Source: Candidatus Kaiserbacteria bacterium (GTDB lineage Bacteria; Patescibacteriota; Minisyncoccia; Phycocordibacterales; UBA918). From it: a DNA stretch of 64,000 nucleotides. A program made the translations under genes and the position numbers. A model generated the notes under the pieces. It was not told the origin of the DNA. It searched no databases and worked only from the letters and a program-made list of their open reading frames with translations. The DNA lies in NCBI GenBank assembly GCA_019634005.1, contig JAHQWD010000002.1:128747-192746 (forward strand). Direction: 5' to 3'. This document shows, piece after piece, positions 45,982 through 56,039 of the stretch. Each line of letters begins with the position of its first letter. Position 1 is the first letter of the stretch.

Positions 45982-48900
45982 ATGAATACACAAAACGAAA
46001 AAACAGAGGTTGCGCTTCGTGAGGAGGAAATCCTTGCATTCTGGCAGGAGCACGACATTTTTAAAAAATCTTTAGAGAAAGACTCGCCAGAGGGAGACTA
46101 TACATTTTATGATGGACCACCGTTTGCAACGGGGCTTCCACACTATGGACATCTTCTTGCAGGAACGCTCAAAGACGCTATTCCTCGATTCTGGACAATG
46201 AACGGGTATCGGGTGCGTCGAAAGTGGGGATGGGACTGTCACGGACTTCCGCTTGAAAACCTCATTGAGAAGAAACTGGGACTCGGTACGAAACGAGACA
46301 TTGAAGAGTATGGCGTACAGAAGTTCAATGAGGCTGCACGTGATGCGGTCATGGAGTATGCAGATGATTGGCGTAGAATTGTCCCGCGCATGGGGCGCTT
46401 CGTCGATATGGATGACGATTACCGAACCATGGACGCGTCATATACCGAGAGCGTCTGGTGGTCCTTTAGTGAACTCCATAAAAAGGGATTGGTGTATGAA
46501 GGTTTCAAGTCTATGCATCTCTGTCCACGGTGTGGGACAACACTTTCTAACTTTGAGGTGAACCAAGGGTATAAGGATATTAAGGACATATCTGTATATG
46601 TAAAGATGCACCTCAAGTCGGGACAAAAGTATGGTCCTTCATATGAGACAAAAGACTCTGCATACATTGTGGTATGGACAACGACTCCATGGACGCTTCC
46701 AGGAAATGTTGCTGTTGCAGTGCATAAAGATGCTGTTTACGTCGCAGTGCGAGTTGATGGGATTAAAGAACTTCTTATCATTGCAAAAGATAACCTTGAG
46801 CAAGTGCTCAGTGGACATGAGGTTGAGATTGTTCATGATGACATCAAGGGGTCTGACCTAGTTGGTCTTGAGTATACGCCACCATTTGATTATCTAAAAC
46901 AGAAAATTGATAAAACCGAAAACGCATGGAAGGTGTGGCATGCTGATTATGTGGAATTAGGTGAAGAAGGAACTGGAGCAGTACACATCGCACCAGCCTA
47001 TGGTGAGGACGATATGCTTCTGGCGCAGGATAACGACATTCCGATCGTACACCATGTTGGTGAGGATGGGCGCTTTCTTGATTTTGTCACAGATTTTGCA
47101 GGAACACTGGTGAAGCCAAAGGATGACGAAGCGACAGAGATATCTCATCTCGATACCGATATTGAGATTGTACGTGCACTCGCAAAGAGTGGGCATCTCT
47201 TCCGAAAAGAGAATGTGACCCACAGTTATCCGCATTGTTGGCGGTGTGATACGCCGTTGCTTAATTACGGAACTACATCATGGTTTGTGAAAGTGACGGA
47301 TCTCAAGGATGATCTTATCGCAGAGAATAACGAGGTGGTATGGGTGCCAGAACATGTTGGGAAGAACCGCTTTGGAAAATGGCTGGAGAACGCACGAGAC
47401 TGGGCAATCAGTCGCCAAAGGTACTGGGGAGCGCCGCTTCCGATCTGGAAGAATCCAGAGACCAAGGAACACAAAGTATTTGGGTCTCTCGAAGAGTTGC
47501 AGGAGTATGTACCAAAATCTGGGAACACCTTCTTTATCACCCGCCATGGAGAAAGTGAGTTCAACACCAAAGGAATCTTAAGCGCGGTGAATAACGGAGA
47601 TACAAATGGTGTGACCGAGAAAGGAAAAGAACAGATTGATACTCTCGCGGAGGGTCTGAAGGAGGTGGACTATATCTATCACTCCCCACTGAATCGTACG
47701 ACCCTTACTGCGCAACTGGTAGCAGAAAAACTTGGCGTTGCGAAGGAACGTCTCATTGTCGACGAACGGCTGCGAGAGATGGAGTTTGGAGCGTTTGAAG
47801 GGAAGACTCCAGATGAATACCATGCGTTCTTCGGAGACGGGGTTGGACATCTCACAAAAAATCCTGAAGGCGGAGAATCATGGGGAGATGTAAAACGTCG
47901 TGTTGGAGATTTCTTGTATGACATCAATACAAAACATGAGAACCAACGGATACTCATTGTCTCTCACAACGGGACACTCCAGATGCTCCAGGCGGTTGCG
48001 CAGGGAGATGAGAAGGAGACACTCGGTACCTATATAGAAGAGGATCACTACGATATGAAGAATGCGGAACTCCGTGAACTTCCATTTACACCAATGCCGC
48101 ACAATGACGATTACGAACTGGATTTCCATCGCCCGTATATTGATGACATCGACCTCTTTGAAGATGGGGTACGACTAGAACGTGTACCAGATGTATTCGA
48201 CTGTTGGTATGAGTCTGGCTCTATGTCATACGCACAACAGCACTATCCATTTGAAAACACCGACGTCTTTGAACCAAAAGAGGGGAGAGGATATCCTGCA
48301 GAGTTTATCGCAGAGAGTATTGACCAGACACGTGGATGGTTTTACTCCATGCTTGTTCTCGGCACGGCGCTCTTTGGAAAGAGCCCATACAAACATGTAG
48401 TGACCAACGGATTGGTGCTCGCAGAAGATGGAAAGAAAATGAGTAAGTCACTCCAAAACTATCCAGATCCCGTTGATCTTGTCGAGCGACTCGGTGCTGA
48501 TACGATGCGTTTTTATCTCCTTTCTTCTCCGATTATTCGAGGAGAAGATCTCAACTTCTCAGAGAAAGGAGTACAGGAATTAGAGCGGAAGAATATCGGA
48601 CGACTCCACAATGTGCTTGCGATGTACCAAATGTACGCAGATGGCACCACTGCAAAAGATGACTCAACACACGTCCTTGATCGGTGGATCATCTCTCGCC
48701 TCAATGAGTTAATTGCTGACGTAACCAATGGTTTCAAGAACTACGAACTTGATAAGGCAACACGCCCGATCACCGACTTCATTGATGATCTCTCAGTCTG
48801 GTATCTCCGAAGATCTCGTGATCGTATTAAAGGAGAGGACAAAGAGCAGACACTTGCGACACTTCGTCATGTCTTGAAGACCCTTGCACTTGTCATGGCG

Positions 48901-49497
48901 CCATCTATGCCATTCTATGCAGAGTATCTCTGGCGAGAAGTAAAAGAGGATTCTGATGCAGAGAGTGCGCACCTTGCGGATTGGCCTCTGGGAGGGGACG
49001 TTGATGCTGACATCAACGCAGGTATGGAGTTCATCCGCACACAGGCAAACGAAGGACTCCGTTTGCGGTCAGAGAAGGGAATTAATGTGCGACAGCCGCT
49101 TGCAACCTTTACCGTTGCTTCTCCAGAAATACCGCGTGCATGGGAGCAGTTACAGGATATTCTTGCAGAAGAACTTAATGTAAAAGCAGTGCTCCATGAA
49201 GAAGGAAAAGATTCCTGCGATTTTGATTGGAGCATCACTCCTGCATTGAAACTTGAGGGAGATGCACGAGAGTTTATGCGTACCGTGCAAGGTATGCGTA
49301 AGCAGGCAGATCTTGAGCCACAGGATCGCATCAAACTCATCGTGCAAACTTCAGACGGGGGAGAGGAGGTACTCAAAGTACACGACGAGGATATTAGAAA
49401 CGTCGTAGGTGCAGAAGAGATCACACTTGGTGATGCAGAAGGTGAGGAAATTACGTTTGGAGAACACTCTGCAACGGTACAAATGGTAACGGTATAG
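45982..49497 (+). CDS. ileS: Isoleucine--tRNA ligase (type 2-like) with inserted histidine-phosphatase domain
   Basis: DGPPFATGLPHYGH, GWDCHGLP, WTTTPWTLP, DWAISRQRYWG, KMSKS; insert with RHGE. Confidence 0.95.
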   Translation: MNTQNEKTEVALREEEILAFWQEHDIFKKSLEKDSPEGDYTFYDGPPFATGLPHYGHLLAGTLKDAIPRFWTMNGYRVRRKWGWDCHGLPLENLIEKKLGLGTKRDIEEYGVQKFNEAARDAVMEYADDWRRIVPRMGRFVDMDDDYRTMDASYTESVWWSFSELHKKGLVYEGFKSMHLCPRCGTTLSNFEVNQGYKDIKDISVYVKMHLKSGQKYGPSYETKDSAYIVVWTTTPWTLPGNVAVAVHKDAVYVAVRVDGIKELLIIAKDNLEQVLSGHEVEIVHDDIKGSDLVGLEYTPPFDYLKQKIDKTENAWKVWHADYVELGEEGTGAVHIAPAYGEDDMLLAQDNDIPIVHHVGEDGRFLDFVTDFAGTLVKPKDDEATEISHLDTDIEIVRALAKSGHLFRKENVTHSYPHCWRCDTPLLNYGTTSWFVKVTDLKDDLIAENNEVVWVPEHVGKNRFGKWLENARDWAISRQRYWGAPLPIWKNPETKEHKVFGSLEELQEYVPKSGNTFFITRHGESEFNTKGILSAVNNGDTNGVTEKGKEQIDTLAEGLKEVDYIYHSPLNRTTLTAQLVAEKLGVAKERLIVDERLREMEFGAFEGKTPDEYHAFFGDGVGHLTKNPEGGESWGDVKRRVGDFLYDINTKHENQRILIVSHNGTLQMLQAVAQGDEKETLGTYIEEDHYDMKNAELRELPFTPMPHNDDYELDFHRPYIDDIDLFEDGVRLERVPDVFDCWYESGSMSYAQQHYPFENTDVFEPKEGRGYPAEFIAESIDQTRGWFYSMLVLGTALFGKSPYKHVVTNGLVLAEDGKKMSKSLQNYPDPVDLVERLGADTMRFYLLSSPIIRGEDLNFSEKGVQELERKNIGRLHNVLAMYQMYADGTTAKDDSTHVLDRWIISRLNELIADVTNGFKNYELDKATRPITDFIDDLSVWYLRRSRDRIKGEDKEQTLATLRHVLKTLALVMAPSMPFYAEYLWREVKEDSDAESAHLADWPLGGDVDADINAGMEFIRTQANEGLRLRSEKGINVRQPLATFTVASPEIPRAWEQLQDILAEELNVKAVLHEEGKDSCDFDWSITPALKLEGDAREFMRTVQGMRKQADLEPQDRIKLIVQTSDGGEEVLKVHDEDIRNVVGAEEITLGDAEGEEITFGEHSATVQMVTV

Positions 49498-49499
49498 AC

Positions 49500-50066
49500 A
49501 TGGCGTATCATCTCTACAACACGGAAGCATTGGTCTGTGGTTCGAGAGACAGTAATACATCAGATCGTGCATATATTCTCTTTACCCGTGAAGCGGGAAT
49601 GATCTGGGCACAAACGAAGAGTGTGCGTGAGGAGCGTTCAAAGCATCGCTATGCGCTCCAGGATTTCTCTGTGATCCGCGTGTCACTTGTCCATGGAAAA
49701 GCGGGATGGCGCATTGTGGGGACGGAGCCATCCACCAATCTCTACTATGACGCCAAGGAGCGGGATGTACGTATCTTGCTTCGCAACGTGGTGCGATTAC
49801 TCCGCCGAGTCATTCGAGGGGAAGAGGCGACACCAGAACTCTACGATGATCTCCTCCATACTCTAAAAGCAGTACCCAAAGATGTTGCCGCATCTGAGAT
49901 GGAGACGGTACTGACGCTTCGTGTCCTACATGCGCTGGGATATATTGCTCCACAAGAGGTGTATCAGAACCTTCTTGAAGACAACGCGTATGAGACAAGG
50001 ACTCCAGAAGGTCTTCGGAAGGCATCGCAGGTAATTGAGGGTGCGCTTACCGCCAGCCATCTCTAA
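49500..50066 (+). CDS. recO: DNA repair protein RecO (short form)
   Basis: TEALVC...FTREAG..WA..KSVREERSK OB-fold, LHALGY. Confidence 0.8.
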   Translation: MAYHLYNTEALVCGSRDSNTSDRAYILFTREAGMIWAQTKSVREERSKHRYALQDFSVIRVSLVHGKAGWRIVGTEPSTNLYYDAKERDVRILLRNVVRLLRRVIRGEEATPELYDDLLHTLKAVPKDVAASEMETVLTLRVLHALGYIAPQEVYQNLLEDNAYETRTPEGLRKASQVIEGALTASHL

Positions 50067-50087
50067 CAGGATGGTATACTTAGAATC

Positions 50088-51935
50088 ATGGCACAGGGTA
50101 AGGATGAAAATAAGATGGACGTGCTTCGTGACCGTCTCTATGCACGTGATGGAGACGGACAGGTTCGACGTACACAACTCAAGAGCACAAGGCCTGCGAG
50201 TGTGCCAAAAAACTGGGAACGCTCCCAGCAATCCTTACAAGACTCTCTTAAAGAAGAAGAAACACAGACTATGCCAAAAAAGAAAAAAGGGTATCGAATG
50301 AAACTGCTTGTTGCAGGCGGTGTTTTCTTTGGGATAGCGCTCTTACTCTCACTCATTTTCCTTTTCCTAGGGAACAACACAATCTCTGGAGAGAACATCT
50401 CTCTTGAAGTTTCAGGACCGTTCGCCATCGGTGGAGCAGAGACCGTAGATATGCGGGTTATTCTTGAGAACAACAATGCAGTACCAATTGAGTCTGCAAC
50501 GCTTATCATAGAGTACCCTGTTGGCACACAAAAAGCAGATGGATCAGGACAGGAACTTTTCACTGAACGGAAGTCCCTTGATGTTATCGGATCAGGGCAG
50601 TTAGTTTCTGAGGAGTTTAGTGCCACACTCTTTGGTGAGGAGAATGCAGAGAAAGTGGTGAACGTCTCGGTAGAGTATCGCGTGCGTGGCTCTAATGCAG
50701 TCTTTTATAAAGAAGCGGAACCACTCCGCATGAAGATCAGCTCATCACCAATTGTGCTCTCTCTTAAGGCGCCACGAGAACGTACCTCAGGACAAGATAT
50801 AGAGTTAGAGTTTATTGTTGCCTCAAATAGTGAGGAGACACTCAATGATATTCTCATCAGTGCTACATACCCATTTGGATTTGAATACGAAGATGCAGAT
50901 CCTCGTCCAGATTCTGGAGACAATATCTGGCGTATCGACTCTTTGAGTCCAGAGGAACGAGAGACCTTTACGGTACGAGGGGTACTTACTGGATTACAGA
51001 ACGAAGATCGTGTATTTACCTTCTCTGCGGGAGTGGGTACAGAACGTGATCCATTCACCCTCGCGTCCGTGTATGCGGTTGCAGACCATGAGGTGAAGAT
51101 TGATGCACCATCACTCAATGTGGATGTCGACATCAATGGAAGTAACAGTGAGTCGGTCATTATTCAAGAAGGGCAGAGCGCAACTGTGCGTGTCGATGTA
51201 CTCAATACGCTTGATACCACTTTGAATAATGTGACAGTGGATGTGGTGCTTGGAGGAAACATTCTTGATAGCATCGACATTGGGCTTACGGATGGTTTCT
51301 TTGATTCAAAGAACAACACGCTCTCCTTTGATCGCGGAAGTGTCTCTGCATTTCGTGGCATTCCATCGGGTGCACGAAGGAGTGTGTCATTTACCATCGT
51401 GCCTGATGAGGAGATTGGGAAGACATCGGAGATTACCCTTGATATCACAGTGCGGGGGAGCGAATCTACCAGTTCCAATGAGTCTGACCTACTGTACCAG
51501 ACGACAAAGCGTACGATCCAGTTAAGTTCTCGTGCATCACTCAGTGGAGAAGCTCGCTTTATCGGAGGGAGTGCAATACCGGAGGTTGGTGAGGAAACAC
51601 AGTATGCAGTAGATCTTCTGCTTCAAAATGGAAGCAACCAGCTTATCGACGGAACCGTCACTGCGGTACTTGGAGAGAATGTGACATTGAATAATGCAGG
51701 TGGTGCACTTTCGTATGATGCGGGTACGCGGACGGTTACATGGACAGTTGGTTCTGTCGGGGTGCGGGGAAGTGAGCGCACAACGCTCTCACTCTCTATT
51801 ACGCCAGACGCGGGAGATCGAGGGTCGACACCGATACTTCTTGAAACCCAGCGATTTAAGGCAACAAATAAGTTTACTGGTCTTACCGTACGGGCGGAGC
51901 ACACAGCACTTGCAGTACCGCGGGCAGTAGAGTAA
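50088..51935 (+). CDS. Membrane-anchored protein with tandem Ig-like (DUF11-like) domains
   Basis: Single TM after a basic N-terminus; beta-rich repeats (YPFGFEY..ADP.P...NIW). Confidence 0.7.
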   Translation: MAQGKDENKMDVLRDRLYARDGDGQVRRTQLKSTRPASVPKNWERSQQSLQDSLKEEETQTMPKKKKGYRMKLLVAGGVFFGIALLLSLIFLFLGNNTISGENISLEVSGPFAIGGAETVDMRVILENNNAVPIESATLIIEYPVGTQKADGSGQELFTERKSLDVIGSGQLVSEEFSATLFGEENAEKVVNVSVEYRVRGSNAVFYKEAEPLRMKISSSPIVLSLKAPRERTSGQDIELEFIVASNSEETLNDILISATYPFGFEYEDADPRPDSGDNIWRIDSLSPEERETFTVRGVLTGLQNEDRVFTFSAGVGTERDPFTLASVYAVADHEVKIDAPSLNVDVDINGSNSESVIIQEGQSATVRVDVLNTLDTTLNNVTVDVVLGGNILDSIDIGLTDGFFDSKNNTLSFDRGSVSAFRGIPSGARRSVSFTIVPDEEIGKTSEITLDITVRGSESTSSNESDLLYQTTKRTIQLSSRASLSGEARFIGGSAIPEVGEETQYAVDLLLQNGSNQLIDGTVTAVLGENVTLNNAGGALSYDAGTRTVTWTVGSVGVRGSERTTLSLSITPDAGDRGSTPILLETQRFKATNKFTGLTVRAEHTALAVPRAVE

Positions 51936-51948
51936 CCTGAGAGTCACT

Positions 51949-53316
51949 ATGGCAGAAAAAGAGATGGAGAACATCATATCACTTGCAAAAAGACGGGGTT
52001 TTGTATTCCAAGGGTCTGATATTTATGGCGGAATGGCTGGAATGTATGATTTCGGTCCATATGGTGTCGAACTATTAAATAACCTGAAGCGTGCGTGGTG
52101 GAAAGAGCATGTGCAGAGGCGTGAAGATTTTGTTGGATTAGATTCTTCAATCTTCAAAGACCCCCGAGTATGGGAGGCGTCAGGACATACCAGCGGTTTC
52201 TCTGACCCACTCTCGGAGTGTAAAAACTGTAATACACGTATTCGGGTAGATAAGGAACTTGAGAAAATTGGAGTGGCTGCGGATGAGAAGATGTCCGAGG
52301 AGGAAATCAACGCACTCTTCGAGGAACATAAAGACAAAATCAAGTGTCCGTCATGTGGCAAGAAAGATTTCTCTCTTGCACGTGCGTTTAACCTACTCGT
52401 GAAGACCAACATGGGGAACTTTGCTGGTGAGGATGCCGAGGTGGTCTATCTTCCTGGAGAAGCGAGTCAGGGTATCTATCTCAACTTTAAGAATATTGTT
52501 GATTCTACGCGTGCGAAAGTACCATTTGGTATTGCGCAGATCGGTAAGGCTTTTCGAAATGAGATTTCTCCACGTAATTTCCTTTTCCGCACACGAGAGT
52601 TGGAGCAGGCAGATACACAATACTTTGTACGTCCGAATGAAAATAAAGAAAAGTATGAAGAGATTAAAAGGGATCGCTTCAACTGGTATGTGAAGATGGG
52701 TATTCGCGAGGAGAATCTCCGCTGGAAGCAACATGACAATCTTGTGTTCTATGCCTCTGATGCCTGGGATATTGAGTACAACTTCCCATCGTATGGTTTT
52801 GATGAGCTAGAAGGTATTCATGATCGGACAGACTATGACCTCTCACAACACTCCAAGTTCTCGGGGGTAGATCTCTCATATGTGGATCCGCAGACAGGAG
52901 AAAAATACATCCCGTGGATTCTTGAGACATCTGTTGGTTTGGGGCGTATGTTCCTTGCGTTTCTTTCTGATGCGTACACAGAAGATGAGATCGGGGGCGA
53001 GAAGCGAACAGTGCTCAAACTCTCAAAAGAATTGGCGCCAATTAAAGTTGCGGTATTTCCACTGCTCAAAAACAAGCCAGACCTTGTTGCAAAGGCGCGG
53101 GAAGTGTTCGATATGCTCAAGGAGGACATGATGTGTGAGTTTGATGACAACGGAAACATCGGGAAACGATATCGTAGGCAAGATGAGATTGGTACACCAC
53201 ACTGTGTCACCATAGACTTTGACACGCTTGAAGACGATACCGTGACCGTTCGGGATCGTGATACAGGAGAGCAGGAGCGAGTAAAAATCACAGAACTTGT
53301 GAATCATTTACGCTAA
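51949..53316 (+). CDS. glyQS: Glycine--tRNA ligase, homodimeric (alpha2) type
   Basis: KRRGF, YDFGPYG, VWEASGH, GIAQIGKAFRNEISPRNFLFRTRE, IGKRYRRQDEIGTP. Confidence 0.96.
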   Translation: MAEKEMENIISLAKRRGFVFQGSDIYGGMAGMYDFGPYGVELLNNLKRAWWKEHVQRREDFVGLDSSIFKDPRVWEASGHTSGFSDPLSECKNCNTRIRVDKELEKIGVAADEKMSEEEINALFEEHKDKIKCPSCGKKDFSLARAFNLLVKTNMGNFAGEDAEVVYLPGEASQGIYLNFKNIVDSTRAKVPFGIAQIGKAFRNEISPRNFLFRTRELEQADTQYFVRPNENKEKYEEIKRDRFNWYVKMGIREENLRWKQHDNLVFYASDAWDIEYNFPSYGFDELEGIHDRTDYDLSQHSKFSGVDLSYVDPQTGEKYIPWILETSVGLGRMFLAFLSDAYTEDEIGGEKRTVLKLSKELAPIKVAVFPLLKNKPDLVAKAREVFDMLKEDMMCEFDDNGNIGKRYRRQDEIGTPHCVTIDFDTLEDDTVTVRDRDTGEQERVKITELVNHLR

Positions 53317-53318
53317 CT

Positions 53319-54755
53319 ATGTCTAAGTCTTTCTACCTCACCACTACACTACCGTATGTAAATGCGGATCCGCATATTGGTTTTGCCTATGAAATATTGC
53401 AAACGGATGCAGTTGCACGATACAAGAGACTCATGGGGAACGAGGTCTTTTTCAACACAGGTACCGATGAACACGGACAGAAAATTGCGCAGAAGGCAGA
53501 TGAGAAAGGGGAGGATCGACAGAAGTACGTAGATCACTATGCAAAGGAGTTTAATACACTCAAAGAGGGACTTAATCTCTCGTATGATAATTTCATCCGC
53601 ACGACTGATGAACACCACAAAAAGGCTGCGCAAGAACTATGGAAGCGATGTGAGGCGGCAGGAGATATATATAAAAAGAAATACTCTGGATTGTATTGTG
53701 TCGGATGTGAACTCTTCATAAAGGAGACAGACCTTGTTGATGGAGAGTGTCCAGATCATCCAGGGCAGAAGCCTCAGGAGATTGAAGAAGAAAACTATTT
53801 CTTTAAGCTTTCAAACTATCAGGAATACTTGGAGGAATACCTCAGCAGAGAAGGGGCGGTTCAGCCAGAATGGCGAAGAAAGGAAGCGCTCAATTTCGTA
53901 CAAAAAGGTCTCGAAGACTTCAGTATCTCACGTGAAAAGAGTCGTCTGGACTGGGGTGTCCCTGTTCCAGGAGATGAAGAGCAGGTGATGTATGTCTGGT
54001 TTGACGCGCTTACCAACTACATCTCTACGCTTGGGTGGCCAGAGGATAGAGGGGGGAACTACAAAAAGTTCTGGGAAGAAGGAGAAACGGTACAACTTGC
54101 GGGTAAGGACCAAGTGCGCTTCCAGTCCATTATGTGGCAAGCGATGCTGAAATCTGCTGGATTGCCAGCGACAGATACGGTGGTATATCATGGCTTTATT
54201 AACTCTGGTGGGCAGAAGATGAGTAAATCTATCGGAAATGTGATCAGTCCTTACGAACTTATTGAACTATACGGCACTGAGGCAACACGGTATCTCTTGC
54301 TTCGACACGTGCATCCGTTTGATGACACCGATATAACCATTGAGAAACTTGATGAGTGGTATACCGCTCACCTCGTAAATGGTCTTGGAAACCTTGTAGC
54401 ACGTGTCATGAAGATGGCAGAAACACATCTCGATGACCCTATTGAGCGTCCAGAAGCAATTGGTTTTGACCAGGACTATATTGATGCATTGGAGGGATTT
54501 AACCTTCAGGGTGCATGTGACATTGTCTGGAAGAAAATCGGAGATCTCGATGAACGAATTGCAGAAGAGCAACCGTTTAAGGTGATCAAAGAGGATGCAG
54601 AGAAAGGAAAGGAAATGATACAAGCATTGGTGCTTGATCTCTATATCATCGGACGTATGCTCTACCCGATTCTCCCTGAAGCCAATGTGACAATAAAGGA
54701 AGCGGTGATTGCGAATAAAAAGCCAGATAATTTGTTTGCACGGCTTGAAGAGTAG
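53319..54755 (+). CDS. metG: Methionine--tRNA ligase (no C-terminal OB domain)
   Basis: YVNADPHIG, GTDEHGQK, YCVGCE, YVWFDAL, KMSKS. Confidence 0.96.
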   Translation: MSKSFYLTTTLPYVNADPHIGFAYEILQTDAVARYKRLMGNEVFFNTGTDEHGQKIAQKADEKGEDRQKYVDHYAKEFNTLKEGLNLSYDNFIRTTDEHHKKAAQELWKRCEAAGDIYKKKYSGLYCVGCELFIKETDLVDGECPDHPGQKPQEIEEENYFFKLSNYQEYLEEYLSREGAVQPEWRRKEALNFVQKGLEDFSISREKSRLDWGVPVPGDEEQVMYVWFDALTNYISTLGWPEDRGGNYKKFWEEGETVQLAGKDQVRFQSIMWQAMLKSAGLPATDTVVYHGFINSGGQKMSKSIGNVISPYELIELYGTEATRYLLLRHVHPFDDTDITIEKLDEWYTAHLVNGLGNLVARVMKMAETHLDDPIERPEAIGFDQDYIDALEGFNLQGACDIVWKKIGDLDERIAEEQPFKVIKEDAEKGKEMIQALVLDLYIIGRMLYPILPEANVTIKEAVIANKKPDNLFARLEE

Positions 54756-54758
54756 CCT

Positions 54759-54902
54759 ATGAAGATTGGAAAAAATAAAATCACTTTTTCATTCCTCTGG
54801 TACGATTTCTGGGTAGGATGGTTTTATGATAGAGACAAACACATTCTTTATATTTGCCCGCTTCCTATGTGTGTGTTTAAAATAGAAAGACATGGAATAT
54901 AA
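54759..54902 (+). CDS. 47-aa aromatic-rich small protein
   Basis: MKIGKNKITFSFLWYDFWVGWFYDRDKHILYICPLPMCVFKIERHGI*; fills the metG-tatD gap and overlaps the tatD start. Confidence 0.6.
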   Translation: MKIGKNKITFSFLWYDFWVGWFYDRDKHILYICPLPMCVFKIERHGI

Positions 54903-55674
54903 ATATATAGACACACACTCTCATATATATTTTGACGAATACAAGGAAGACCTCGATGAGGTGCTTACTCGGATGCGTGAGGAAGAGACGGGTACTATCG
55001 TTATCGGTACTAAGATTGATACATCAACAGATGCGGTTGCGTTTGCAAAAGCACACAGTGATGTAGTACTTGGTGCCACAATTGGTTTGCATCCAAATAG
55101 TGCAGATGAAGGCTTTGATCCCGAAGCATATGAACCCCTACTTAAGGAAGGGGTAGTTCTTGGTGTGGGGGAGTGTGGTCTCGATTTCTTTAGAAGCAAC
55201 CCGCTTGAGATATTTGAAAAACAACAAGAGGTATTTGAGGCACAGGTAGATTTTGCGCTTCAGCACGATCTCCCACTCATGCTCCATGTTCGCCCAAGTG
55301 CAGGAAGTGATGATGCACACGAGGAAGCGCTCAAGGTTCTTGAAACGAAGAAAGGCGTACGAGGGAACTGCCACTTCTTCACGGGCAGTCTTGCAATGGC
55401 GGAGCGGTACTGGGATCTAGGATTTACCACGGCATTTCCAGGGGTCATCACATTTGCAAAAGAACTGGAGGAGGTGGTGGAAAAGGCTCCACTTGATCTC
55501 ATTCTTGGAGAGACAGATTCACCGTATGCGACTCCCGTTCCATTCCGCGGAGAACGTAATGAGCCTGTTAGAGTAAAGGAGGTGTATAAGAAGATTGCAG
55601 AGATAAAGAATCTTGATGCAGAAGAAGTACGTGAAGTGCTCACACAAAACGCTGAAAGAGTGTTTGGGAGATAA
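54892..55674 (+). CDS. tatD: TatD family DNase
   Basis: IDTHSH, GLHP, GECGLDF, HFF, ETDSPY, RNEP. Confidence 0.93.
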   Translation: MEYKYIDTHSHIYFDEYKEDLDEVLTRMREEETGTIVIGTKIDTSTDAVAFAKAHSDVVLGATIGLHPNSADEGFDPEAYEPLLKEGVVLGVGECGLDFFRSNPLEIFEKQQEVFEAQVDFALQHDLPLMLHVRPSAGSDDAHEEALKVLETKKGVRGNCHFFTGSLAMAERYWDLGFTTAFPGVITFAKELEEVVEKAPLDLILGETDSPYATPVPFRGERNEPVRVKEVYKKIAEIKNLDAEEVREVLTQNAERVFGR

Positions 55675-55731
55675 GCACAGGCATATATTGCACACGTATA
55701 CTAAACGGGTGTAGGGTAAGGGTAGGAGGGT

Positions 55732-56007
55732 ATGATCATGAAAGAAACTGATCCCTTTGTTGAATGCAAAACCAAGACGAATTACCCGGTTATCGTTCCT
55801 ATCGGCACAGATTGTCTCTGTAAACGAGGAAAAGGTCACATCGGTCGCCACATTGGTATCGGTTACGACGGGAAATACTTTTCCTGGAGATATGACGGCG
55901 CTTATGGATGTGTCCTGTCAGACGAAATCTCCAAAGAGGAGGCAGATCGTATCATTGAAGCTGACAAGGAAGAGGCAAACCAGGAGTTTGTACAAGTAGC
56001 AGAATAA
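55732..56007 (+). CDS. Small hypothetical protein with Cys/His motif
   Basis: CLCKRGKGHIGRH; SD AGGAGG. Confidence 0.55.
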   Translation: MIMKETDPFVECKTKTNYPVIVPIGTDCLCKRGKGHIGRHIGIGYDGKYFSWRYDGAYGCVLSDEISKEEADRIIEADKEEANQEFVQVAE

Positions 56008-56039
56008 ATCCACGGCTGAAGGCGGCCGTGGATATTGTG

